Positions 29,527 to 39,010 of a DNA stretch of 64,000 nucleotides are shown piece by piece. The translations under genes were made by a program, and so were the position numbers. The stretch is taken from positions 628-64,627 of the IMG/VR virus record IMGVR_UViG_3300045952_000362; one strand, given 5' to 3'. Under the pieces are notes generated by a model. It was not told the origin of the DNA. It searched no databases and saw nothing but the letters and a program-made list of their open reading frames with translations. Source of the stretch: a virus (taxonomy: Duplodnaviria > Caudoviricetes). Positions within the stretch are counted from its first letter, which is position 1; every line of letters starts with the position of its first letter.

Positions 29527-32500
29527 GTGGCTGATCCACTGCATGAGAAACTTGGCGAGGCGATAGTTGAGATCCGGGCGGACCTAGCGGGGCTCCGTTC
29601 GGATCTTGAGAAGGGTCGCAAAGAGACCGGCAAGGAAGTCGATCGGTTTGGTAAGGAGATCACCGATCGCTTCAAGAATATCGCCGCTGGGTTCACTGTC
29701 GGCAATCTGCTGATCAAAGCGACCGAAGGTATTATTGCCTTCGGCGCTGCGGCCGTGGAGAATGCCGGCAACCTCGTCGACATGTCTGCGAAGACGGGCG
29801 CGAGTATCGAGTGGTTGCAGCGGGCCGGGTTCGTCGCCAAGCAAACGGGCGCGGACATCGGCTCGCTGACGGATGCCGTGTTCAAGCTCGGCATCAACAT
29901 GGCGAAGGGCGGCAAGGAAGTTACACAGGGCCTTGCCGACATCGGTCTCAAGTACGAGAAGATCAAGACGCTCAAACCCGAGGACCAGTTCGACGCGATC
30001 GCCGAGGCGCTCAAGTCGATTGAGAATCCGCAAGAGCGCAACCGCATCGCGCTCGAGATCTTCGGGAAGTCCGCCGGGAAAATCCTCCCAGCGGTTTTGG
30101 ATGACTACATTAAGCTCAAGGACGAGGCCCCCGTCGTTGCGGAGGCGCAGATCCGTGCGCTGGACAAAGCGGCGGATCGGTGGGATAAGTTCAAGGACGA
30201 AGTGTCGGCGGCCACGGCGAGCATGCTCGGACAGGCCGTCATGGATATGGAGGCGGCCGCCAGTGGCTGGTCCAAGTTCTTTGGCGATGTCAAGGCCACA
30301 ATCGCCGGGGGCATTCCCGGTCACATCGCCTACGTGGAACAGCTGCGTGCGCAAGCGTCGGCCGAACGCGATGCGAAGAAAGCTCTGGAGGAGAAGGCCA
30401 AGGCTACTGCGGCTGCGATCCCGCCGAAGAAGTCCTACTCGCAAGCGCTAGCGGAGGCCCGCAAGGAAGTTCAGGAGCTCACGGCCGCTGAACGAAAGAA
30501 CATCAACGCCGCGTTGGAGTTGGGTGCGAGCACGGAAGACCTCACCAAGGAGTTCGGCATCTCCGAGGGGGCCGTCAACCTGTACAAGGAGCAGCTGCAG
30601 AAGAACACCGAGGCGACGAAGAAGAACTCGGAGGCGAAGCAGAAGCTCGCAGAGACCGAGAAGGTTCTGCAGCAGTTGCAAGCCGGGGTCTCTGACGAGA
30701 TCACGAAGACCATCGTCGCCCTCGAAGCGCAGGGCCTCTCGACCGAGCAGATCGCGGGCAAGCTGAAACTCTACAGCGAGACCGTCAAGCAGGTACTGGA
30801 GAATCAGAAGCGTCTGCGCGACTTCGAGGAAGAGGGCGCGAAGGCCCGTGCGGATCAAGCCGAGCGGGAGCAGAAGCGAGCGGAGCGCATCCGCGAGATT
30901 CAGAAGTCCAACTACGACGTGCTCCTTGAAGTGGAGCGCGAGTACCAGGATGTGCACAAGCGTCGCACGTACTCCCAGTTCGAGTACGACAAGGAGCAGA
31001 TCCGTCTCTGGGTTCAGGATCAGCAGCGCCGATTGGATACGTCGGTCGCCGGGTGGGAGACAGCGTGGGCGCAGATCGAAGTCGCCGGTGAAGAGAAGCT
31101 GCAGGAGTTGGCGGCCGAGCATTCGAAGACCTCGATGCAGATGGCCATGGACACGGTCAAGGTTGAGAACGCATGGGCGGATGTCTTCGATGCGCTGCCC
31201 GGTTTGCTTCGATCGGCACTGACCGGTGGCGGGGGGCTCTCGGGATTCGGCAACGCGTTCGGATCCATGATCACCGAGCAGCTGGGCAAGAAGTTTGTCG
31301 GCAGCAATATCGGCACGTCGGTGTTCGGGAAGGCTGCGGACGGGATCGGGAAGCTCTTCGGGAACAAAATCGGCAACGCGTTTGCAATGGCCGTGCCGGG
31401 AATGGGTGGGGCTCTCGGTGCGTTGATGACACCGATGCTCAACAAGCTTGGCAACGGCGTCATGGGCAGCACGGCGAAGGGGGCCGTCTACGGCTCGATG
31501 TTCGGACCGTGGGGCACGGCGATCGGTGCCGGCATCGGCGCCATCGTGGGGGCGTTCAAGACCGGCTCCAACAAAACGAAGAAGGTGCGTGAGGAGTTTG
31601 CGAAGGCCGTTGGATTCAAGGATCTGCCGTCGCTGCTGTCGGATCTCGAGAAGATCGACGCCAAGGGCGCGAAGCTCGCGCACACGGCCCGCAACATCAT
31701 CGGCAAGAACGACGAGGCGGGTAACAAGCAGTGGATGGAGGATGTCAAGAAGTTCTACGACGACGTCGCTGCGAAGAAGCAAAAAGACCTCGATGACGAG
31801 ATGGATGCCCGCGAGCGATTGCAGAATGCGCTCGAGAAATATGGGTTCACCGTTGAGGAATACGGCGACGTGTGGAAGCGGATGATGTTGGCCGATCAGG
31901 CCAAGGAGTTGTTGCTGGACTTCACGGCGCTGACCGCGTCGGGCGTGAACTTCGATACGGTCATCAAACGCATGGGCTCACACATTCAGGACTTCATCAC
32001 GACGTCGCTGAAGACCGGCACCGAGGTCCCGGAGAGCATGCGCAAGATGTTGCAGCGTATGGTGGAGACGGGAGAGCTGTTCGACGAGAACGGGAACAAG
32101 ATCGAGGATCTCGAGAAGAGCGGCATCAAGTTTTCCATGACGATGTCGGAAGGATTCAAGTCGGTCACCGACAAGTTGGAAGAGCTCATCAAGAAGATCA
32201 CCGGCGATCTGACCAAGAGTCTAACCACGCTGCCGAGCCCCATGGTGGAGATCGACGTGCGGCCACGGGCCGGGTCCGGTCTCATCTGGCGCACGCAGGA
32301 CAACGACCTTCCCCAGATGGAGAAGGGTGGCATCATCAATGCGGGCAAGGGCGCACTGGCGGTATTGCACAACCGCGAGGCGGTCATTCCGTTGGATCAG
32401 ATGCCGAGTTGGATGGAAGGGATGGGCGGTCTCGACGAAGACAGTCTCGTCGCCGCATTGAAGGCGGCAGGCATCTCGAGACCGAATGTAAACTTCGCAC

Positions 32501-32631
32501 CTGTGATCGAAGGGGCGCTGGCCAACGAGATGCATGAGTTCGCACGGAAGGTCTTGCCGGTATTCATTCGTGTGTTGCAGGAGGACGGGAGCTTGAACTC
32601 CAGTCTGGCTGCGACGTTAGGAGCCCGCTAG
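29527..32631 (+). CDS. Tape measure protein
   Basis: 1034 aa helical Ala/Glu/Lys-rich; LGEAIVEIRAD N-terminus, ALEIFGKSAGKILP, MEKGGII..LHNREAVIPL. Confidence 0.93.
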   Translation: MADPLHEKLGEAIVEIRADLAGLRSDLEKGRKETGKEVDRFGKEITDRFKNIAAGFTVGNLLIKATEGIIAFGAAAVENAGNLVDMSAKTGASIEWLQRAGFVAKQTGADIGSLTDAVFKLGINMAKGGKEVTQGLADIGLKYEKIKTLKPEDQFDAIAEALKSIENPQERNRIALEIFGKSAGKILPAVLDDYIKLKDEAPVVAEAQIRALDKAADRWDKFKDEVSAATASMLGQAVMDMEAAASGWSKFFGDVKATIAGGIPGHIAYVEQLRAQASAERDAKKALEEKAKATAAAIPPKKSYSQALAEARKEVQELTAAERKNINAALELGASTEDLTKEFGISEGAVNLYKEQLQKNTEATKKNSEAKQKLAETEKVLQQLQAGVSDEITKTIVALEAQGLSTEQIAGKLKLYSETVKQVLENQKRLRDFEEEGAKARADQAEREQKRAERIREIQKSNYDVLLEVEREYQDVHKRRTYSQFEYDKEQIRLWVQDQQRRLDTSVAGWETAWAQIEVAGEEKLQELAAEHSKTSMQMAMDTVKVENAWADVFDALPGLLRSALTGGGGLSGFGNAFGSMITEQLGKKFVGSNIGTSVFGKAADGIGKLFGNKIGNAFAMAVPGMGGALGALMTPMLNKLGNGVMGSTAKGAVYGSMFGPWGTAIGAGIGAIVGAFKTGSNKTKKVREEFAKAVGFKDLPSLLSDLEKIDAKGAKLAHTARNIIGKNDEAGNKQWMEDVKKFYDDVAAKKQKDLDDEMDARERLQNALEKYGFTVEEYGDVWKRMMLADQAKELLLDFTALTASGVNFDTVIKRMGSHIQDFITTSLKTGTEVPESMRKMLQRMVETGELFDENGNKIEDLEKSGIKFSMTMSEGFKSVTDKLEELIKKITGDLTKSLTTLPSPMVEIDVRPRAGSGLIWRTQDNDLPQMEKGGIINAGKGALAVLHNREAVIPLDQMPSWMEGMGGLDEDSLVAALKAAGISRPNVNFAPVIEGALANEMHEFARKVLPVFIRVLQEDGSLNSSLAATLGAR

Positions 32632-33494
32632 TGTCGTTCACTACTCCCGCTGTCGCCCCCGGCAACCTAAAATACGCGCGACCGAGCGACATCATCACCA
32701 GCAACTTCACGTGGTCCGTCGCCACGGGCACCGTCTCGTCCGATCCCAACTACGGTCTGCCGTCGATGTACGACGGGCAGATGGCACAGCCGACGAAGTT
32801 CATTGACGACCCGGTCGTCCAAGTACGTGTGGTCGGCGATGCCGGCACGGCGGTGCGAGTGGACGGGATGGCTATGCCGAACTCAAACTTCCCGGCCGGC
32901 ACGGTGCTCAAAGCACAAATGGGCAACGATCCCACGTTCGCTACCTTCGCCGTGTCCGTCGACGTCACACTAGGCACGGCCGGGTTGGACGGACATGTGG
33001 CGTCGCCGTGGGCAGACTTCGTCGCGGCTAGTGGCTACAGTGTGAGCGGCTACCGCTACGTGTCGTGGGTCATCCCGGTGATCGCCAACGCTCCGTGGAT
33101 CGGTGAACAGCTGGTCATGGCGCAGTTGCGTTCGTTCTCCGTGTGGCCGCAGTTCGGCGGCCGTCGTGGACAGGCGATGCCGTTTCTCGAGTCGCTGTTC
33201 ACGGAGTACGGGGTCAAGCGAGCGACGCGTCGACTGATCCGCATGCGTCGCATCGCGTACCCGTTCAACGGCACCGCGCAGGACTTTGAAGATTTGCAGA
33301 TGCTCGTGCAGGATTGCGGGGGCGTAGCCTCGCCGTTCTTCATGGTGGCGAACTCCAGCGTCAAGACCGACGGCGGGTTGTACGGCCGGTTCACTCCGGA
33401 CACTGTGCGCTTGGTTGAGAACACCGAGAACTGGTTCGATCTCGAAGGCTTCAGTATCGTCTTCGAAGAAGACTCGCGGAGCATCCCCTTCTAA
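32631..33494 (+). CDS. Distal tail-like protein
   Basis: Directly after the tape measure gene; 287 aa. Confidence 0.6.
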   Translation: MSFTTPAVAPGNLKYARPSDIITSNFTWSVATGTVSSDPNYGLPSMYDGQMAQPTKFIDDPVVQVRVVGDAGTAVRVDGMAMPNSNFPAGTVLKAQMGNDPTFATFAVSVDVTLGTAGLDGHVASPWADFVAASGYSVSGYRYVSWVIPVIANAPWIGEQLVMAQLRSFSVWPQFGGRRGQAMPFLESLFTEYGVKRATRRLIRMRRIAYPFNGTAQDFEDLQMLVQDCGGVASPFFMVANSSVKTDGGLYGRFTPDTVRLVENTENWFDLEGFSIVFEEDSRSIPF

Positions 33495-36400
33495 TGTCGA
33501 TCATCTACACGACCGACCCGATGCTCGTCGTCCCTTCGGGGGCGGACGGCACCTCTGTCACACCCAGTAATATCAATGTCGGACAGTCGGCGTGGTTTGA
33601 GGTGTCGGCCTCTGCCGGGGACTGGGCGATCACGAACGTCTCGTTCGTCAACGGGGCGGACGGTGTCGGCTTCTTCCGCATCATCCTCGGCGTAGGGTCG
33701 GCGGGCAACGAGGTCACCATCCTGAATCTCGAAGGATGGTTGTCGAATCAGTTCACCGTTGCTCGTCCACAGCAATTTTTGTACGTCCCGATTCCTGTCG
33801 AAGTGAATTCGGGCGAGCGTCTTGCCGTGTCTATGGTCAAGCAAGGCACAGACACGACCGCATGGCGCTACAAAGTGAATTACTTCGTCCGGCCGATCGC
33901 GGGCAACGTGCCGACGACCGATGCCGTATTGACCCCGGCGGGGTCCGTGGCTGGCGTGTCGGTCAGCTCTGTCTGGGGATATGGCTCGTGGGCGCAACAG
34001 TACGCGTCGATCGCAACGGATCAACTGGTCGTCGCGGTCAATCCGTTCTATCCCGGACAGTGGAACGGTACACAGCACGAGTTCGAAATCGGCGTGGGGG
34101 CCGCTGCGTCCGAGGTCACATACATCTCGGTCCGCAACGACACCATCAACACGACCGGCTTGGTCATGGGCGGTCCGTTCCAAATGCAGGTGCGGCCGTT
34201 CCGCAACCTGCCGTCTGGGTCGCGCGTCAGCATCCGTGCTCGAAAGAACGACAACAACGGCACTGCATGTAACGTCAACTATTCTTACTACCCCAGCATC
34301 ACGTCGCCGGATGGGCAGACGTCGCAACAGCCGGTCACGTGGATCGTAGCGGGCGCGAATTCGACCGGACTCGCTACGTCGAATGGGTGGGCTCAGAACG
34401 CGTACACAGAAATGTCTGCCGCGCTACCGGCAGACGCCGTGATTCAAGCGGTCCATACCAAGAACGATACCTCGGCTGCCCACTACGAGCTTGACTTCTC
34501 GGAGGGGGCCGGTGGCGCCGAGGTCGTGGTCACGACGACGCACTTGCAAGGCAGTGCGATGACCGTCGGTGGCGATCGATACTCAACCTTCGCCATCGCA
34601 TCGGACACGATCGCCTCGGGCAGTCGTTTGTCGATTCGTTGCCGGACCAGCATCCCCGTCGGTGTGGACGTGACCGTCGGTGTCGTGTACAACCCGGACT
34701 ACGAGCAGCGAGGGTTCCAACAGTTCACCGTGCCGGCGACCAGCGTCGGTATCGCAGTCGCTGCAAACACAACTGCGTGGGCGTACTCGGCGTGGGGCAC
34801 AATCACATCGCCCGGTCTGCTCGGTGACTATGCGATCACCGGGTTCTGGGGTCCTGGTGGCGTATCGAACGCCGAGCAGGAATTGCAGATTGGGCAAGGG
34901 GCGGCCGCATCTGAAGTGGTCGCGACCACACTGGCGATTGTCACCAATGGGTCAGGCGGTACCAAGTTCTGGATTCTGCCGGGTGCGCCGTTCAAAGTCG
35001 ACGCCACGACGCGACTGGCTTACCGATTCCGGAAGTCCGGTACGACAGCGGGCAACGATACCTTCGGATTGCTGTACGCCGCGGTGCTGTTCGCACTACC
35101 GACGGTAACCGATCCGGACGACGTTCGGGCGCCGTACGATGACTTTGACCAGCAGACCACCTTACGGGCAACGGTTACCGATTCGGTAACCATCGACGAC
35201 GGCACCGTTACCTTTGTCGTGTCCGGCGAGGCACTCGGAGTAATCGGCGTACCGGTACAGGGCGACGTAGACGACGGAGTGGCGATCTCGTCGTTCACAA
35301 TTCCCGGCGGTACACCGGTCGGCTTCTATACGATCTACGCGTTCTACTCCGGTGTCGATGGCTCGTGGGAGCCGAGCGTGGGTTCGGGCGTGCTCGAGAT
35401 CTACATCCCGTCGGATCGCGAGGAGCTCTGCCGTCATCCGCAGGAACCGTTCATCTTCGCGTCCGTCGCGCCCCCTGGTCTCACACGCAAGTGGTACGGG
35501 CAGGTGGCGTTGCCGCATCGCGCGTCTTACTACGGTGGCATGAAACCCGATCGCATTCTCGGGGCCTCGTCAGTGCAGCGGTCGTTGGCCGGGTGGCAGA
35601 ACGATTACGTGGTCGGCACGTTCACGTTGACCCTTGCGGACGACGACTACGAAGTGCGCACCATGCTCGTCAACGATACGGGCCGGTTCTTCTCTCGCTG
35701 GGAAGTGGACATGTACATGGCCACGCCCTCCGGCATGAAGGCTCTCGCCGTCCCCCAAACGATTGCGACCGGGCAGGTGGACTCGGATCCCACGTTCGAT
35801 ACCGAACCAGAAGGCATGACCGTTGAGTTGTCCATGCGCGACCGTCTCGGCGTCGCGATGGGGTGGACGAACACCGGGCAGACGCAGCTGCCGAGACGCG
35901 CCGTCAGCAACACCACGCTGCCGGGTGTCGGCGTCAACATGGCGGGCAAGGCTGCGTGGCTCCCGTGGGGCGTCCTGTCCACCGCACTGGTCACACCGTC
36001 GGGATTCGCCCCGCCATACCCGGCTGTCAATCCGGCACGCGGTGGTGCCTTCGATGGGCCGTACGCGTTGGGTTCGTATGCTCCGTGGGACCAGACGGTG
36101 CCACCGGTCACCGGGCTGTCGGTCAATGCGATCGCTGGCGGCGACTGTCCGGATCGCACATGGGCCGTGGCCGTCTTCCCGTTCATGAACGACAACCGAG
36201 TGGGCGACTCCGAACCGTACATCATCGGCGATGTGCAGGTCGCCACGGTCTCGCCGAACTCGTTGATCGACGTCGCATGGACCGGCACTGCCGATCGATA
36301 CTACGTCTGCCTCTTCCACTTCTACTTCGGATGGCGGTTGCAGCAGGTCATCGAGACGACGGCACTGACCGCGCAGTTCAACCACGCGATGGACCTGCCG

Positions 36401-38410
36401 GGCGGCCCCGGTACAGGATTGTCGGACGGGGCGGTCATCCCGCCGGACCCGACGTACAACTACTATAAGGCGCGATCCGTTGCGGCCGGGCCCATCTACA
36501 GTGCGTGGCATACGGTGGTGGATCCAACGCTGCCGGATTACACGTTGCCGAACGCCCCGGCGCAGTTCACTGCCGGCATCACATTGCCCAACGGGGCGAA
36601 GCGTCCGTCGCGGTTGTATTGGACCTCGCTCGGCTCAGGCATCAACCTGCAGATTGAGAAGACGGCCGCCGGACCCGGCTTTACACCGAGGCAGTTTGAC
36701 GTGCTCGCCTCCCAGTTAGAAGACGGCATGGTCTACTGGGACGAGGATTGGAACGACAACGACGCCAATCCGGTGGACGCGACTGTGTCGCGAGCCGCTG
36801 GCCGATTGAAAGTTGAGTACACACGCGACGTGCTCGGGACCGACGGTGTGACCCGGCGTGAATTCTTCATTGCGGGTGTGCCGATCAAAGGCGTCGACAA
36901 TTGGTACTACGACCCCGATCCGAATGGCAACGACCCGAGTGTCGTGGAAGTGGACCAGGACGACGGTACCGTGTGGTGGTTCCCGAAGGTCGAGACCAGT
37001 GCATGGGACACGCTCTTCGGCACGCGCTACCGCGACATCATCGGCACGGACGGCGTCACACGCCGGTTCATGCTGGGCTACGGACTCGGCGAAAAGGCCG
37101 ACCTCGTAGCGAGCGGCACGTCGCGCATGACGTTGAACATCCAGGGCATTGAAGATATCGGCGATTGTTCTGGCGAGGTAATCACGGACCTGCACATGCA
37201 GGCGTTGCACTTTCTGAACCACTTCGTCGTGGCGTCCGGTGAAGGGTATACCACGGGCCTGTGGGGGCCGGTGCCCACGCAAGGCTACGATGGGCGCACG
37301 GTGGTGAACCAGTCGTCGTTCCAAGAAGTGAAGGAAATGCGCGATGCCGAGATCGAAGGTGGCATCGTGGGCGCGGGTGTGACGGGGGCGCGTGGTGAGT
37401 TCGTGGACGTGTCCACCGAATTGAAACGGTGGATGGTGTCGGGCGACTTCCGACTGGGACCGAATCGCGATTGGCAGATCGTATGTCGAGCCCTCAACAC
37501 GGCCATCTCGCCGTTGCTAGTACCGAATTCGTTGAACGATGTGTTCGATATTCACAATCGAACCTTCAAGCCGATCCCGCGAATGAACGAGTTGCAGAAC
37601 CTGTTCACCTACCGGAGCAGTCGCGACTATATTCAGTCGGGTTGGTTGGTAGACGATCAGGAGTACATGAACCAGGACTCCGTCGACAACTGGCGGATTC
37701 GGAAGCGAGGCGAGGACCTCGACTTCTCGTACATCGAAGACCCGGCAGTGGTGGCGCATATCTTCGGGAAGCACGTAGCTCGACGCAAGGACGTGCCGAT
37801 GTATGCCACGTTCGAAGGGGATCTGTGCCTGTACAGCGACGAGTTCGATATCGGCCGGTACGTCAAGCTGACGCATTGGCGAGGCGTGGGTGTGGCGGGA
37901 TGGGTGGATCGCGTCATGTGGATCCTCTCCCAGACATTCAATCCGGCAACGAAACGAGTGGCGATCGAAGCCTTAGATGTGACGCCGATCATCAGCGACG
38001 ATACGGCACTACTAGAGGGAGCAGCGATGGATATAGATTTGGGCGGTTCGTGGTACCACGCACCGACCGTGGACTCCAACCCAGCGACAGTCAACGCCTA
38101 CGAGTATCGCGATCGGCAGTACCCGTGGTCGAAGGTGCCGGACGGAACAACGTTGACCGCACGGGTGTACTGCGCGGTGCCGAGCGGCGTAACCGCGTCG
38201 CTGCAGATCTACGACCCGGACAACGCCACGGTGATCGCAACAGACCCGACCACCTTTACGTATACGGATGGCTCGTTTGCCTTGCATACGTTCCAGTTGC
38301 CGTCGGTCACTCTCGATACGGTCTACCGTTTGCGTGCGACCATCACAGGCGTCGCGAGTGGACTGTCAGTCGTTCCGTTCTTGGGCGCGCTGCGTCCCAC
38401 ACTTCCATAG
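33494..38410 (+). CDS. Large tail tip/hub protein with four N-terminal repeats and an Ig-like domain
   Basis: 1638 aa; four repeats with G(V/A)GAAASEV..SG.R; TTLRATVT..GTVTF..YTIYAFYSG Ig-like segment. Confidence 0.75.
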   Translation: MSIIYTTDPMLVVPSGADGTSVTPSNINVGQSAWFEVSASAGDWAITNVSFVNGADGVGFFRIILGVGSAGNEVTILNLEGWLSNQFTVARPQQFLYVPIPVEVNSGERLAVSMVKQGTDTTAWRYKVNYFVRPIAGNVPTTDAVLTPAGSVAGVSVSSVWGYGSWAQQYASIATDQLVVAVNPFYPGQWNGTQHEFEIGVGAAASEVTYISVRNDTINTTGLVMGGPFQMQVRPFRNLPSGSRVSIRARKNDNNGTACNVNYSYYPSITSPDGQTSQQPVTWIVAGANSTGLATSNGWAQNAYTEMSAALPADAVIQAVHTKNDTSAAHYELDFSEGAGGAEVVVTTTHLQGSAMTVGGDRYSTFAIASDTIASGSRLSIRCRTSIPVGVDVTVGVVYNPDYEQRGFQQFTVPATSVGIAVAANTTAWAYSAWGTITSPGLLGDYAITGFWGPGGVSNAEQELQIGQGAAASEVVATTLAIVTNGSGGTKFWILPGAPFKVDATTRLAYRFRKSGTTAGNDTFGLLYAAVLFALPTVTDPDDVRAPYDDFDQQTTLRATVTDSVTIDDGTVTFVVSGEALGVIGVPVQGDVDDGVAISSFTIPGGTPVGFYTIYAFYSGVDGSWEPSVGSGVLEIYIPSDREELCRHPQEPFIFASVAPPGLTRKWYGQVALPHRASYYGGMKPDRILGASSVQRSLAGWQNDYVVGTFTLTLADDDYEVRTMLVNDTGRFFSRWEVDMYMATPSGMKALAVPQTIATGQVDSDPTFDTEPEGMTVELSMRDRLGVAMGWTNTGQTQLPRRAVSNTTLPGVGVNMAGKAAWLPWGVLSTALVTPSGFAPPYPAVNPARGGAFDGPYALGSYAPWDQTVPPVTGLSVNAIAGGDCPDRTWAVAVFPFMNDNRVGDSEPYIIGDVQVATVSPNSLIDVAWTGTADRYYVCLFHFYFGWRLQQVIETTALTAQFNHAMDLPGGPGTGLSDGAVIPPDPTYNYYKARSVAAGPIYSAWHTVVDPTLPDYTLPNAPAQFTAGITLPNGAKRPSRLYWTSLGSGINLQIEKTAAGPGFTPRQFDVLASQLEDGMVYWDEDWNDNDANPVDATVSRAAGRLKVEYTRDVLGTDGVTRREFFIAGVPIKGVDNWYYDPDPNGNDPSVVEVDQDDGTVWWFPKVETSAWDTLFGTRYRDIIGTDGVTRRFMLGYGLGEKADLVASGTSRMTLNIQGIEDIGDCSGEVITDLHMQALHFLNHFVVASGEGYTTGLWGPVPTQGYDGRTVVNQSSFQEVKEMRDAEIEGGIVGAGVTGARGEFVDVSTELKRWMVSGDFRLGPNRDWQIVCRALNTAISPLLVPNSLNDVFDIHNRTFKPIPRMNELQNLFTYRSSRDYIQSGWLVDDQEYMNQDSVDNWRIRKRGEDLDFSYIEDPAVVAHIFGKHVARRKDVPMYATFEGDLCLYSDEFDIGRYVKLTHWRGVGVAGWVDRVMWILSQTFNPATKRVAIEALDVTPIISDDTALLEGAAMDIDLGGSWYHAPTVDSNPATVNAYEYRDRQYPWSKVPDGTTLTARVYCAVPSGVTASLQIYDPDNATVIATDPTTFTYTDGSFALHTFQLPSVTLDTVYRLRATITGVASGLSVVPFLGALRPTLP

Positions 38411-38419
38411 GAGCAGACG

Positions 38420-39010
38420 GTGCCTTCATTCATTGACATCATTCTGCGTTGCAAGCAACTGGTCGTCGGAATCTCCGACAGCCAGTACAGTAAGATCCTC
38501 TGGTATCCAACGTCGCCGGAAGGCAACGTCGCGGCCCCTCCCGGATCCATTTGCATGACCGGCACGGGCAGCGCTTACCAGAAAGACTCGGGATCCGGTG
38601 CTACGGGATGGGTGGCCATCGGATCAGGTGCCGGCGGTGGAAACAAATTTGTGGGCATCGTGATCGACGGGGGCGGGTCCGTCATTACGACCGGAACAAA
38701 AGGCTACGTTTCGATCCCGATCAACGGCACGTTGGTCGCATGGCGCATTCTGTCGATCGACCCGGCCGTGACTTCTGGGTCGATCGTGATCGATGTCTGG
38801 AAGGATACGTTCGCAAACTACCCGCCCACCAATGCGGACAGTATCACCAACGGACACGAACCGACCGTCAGCGGCGCGACAAAAGCTGAGGATTCCGATT
38901 TATCCGATTGGACTACACAGTCGGTTACCGAAGGCGACGTCCTCGGTTTCAATGTCGACTCGGTGACCAGCTTCACTCGTGTGACGCTCGTGCTGGAGAT
39001 TCAACCATAA
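38420..39010 (+). CDS. Minor tail protein
   Basis: SPEGNVAAPPGS..YQKDSGSGATGW motif; GSIVIDVWK beta domain. Confidence 0.65.
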   Translation: MPSFIDIILRCKQLVVGISDSQYSKILWYPTSPEGNVAAPPGSICMTGTGSAYQKDSGSGATGWVAIGSGAGGGNKFVGIVIDGGGSVITTGTKGYVSIPINGTLVAWRILSIDPAVTSGSIVIDVWKDTFANYPPTNADSITNGHEPTVSGATKAEDSDLSDWTTQSVTEGDVLGFNVDSVTSFTRVTLVLEIQP

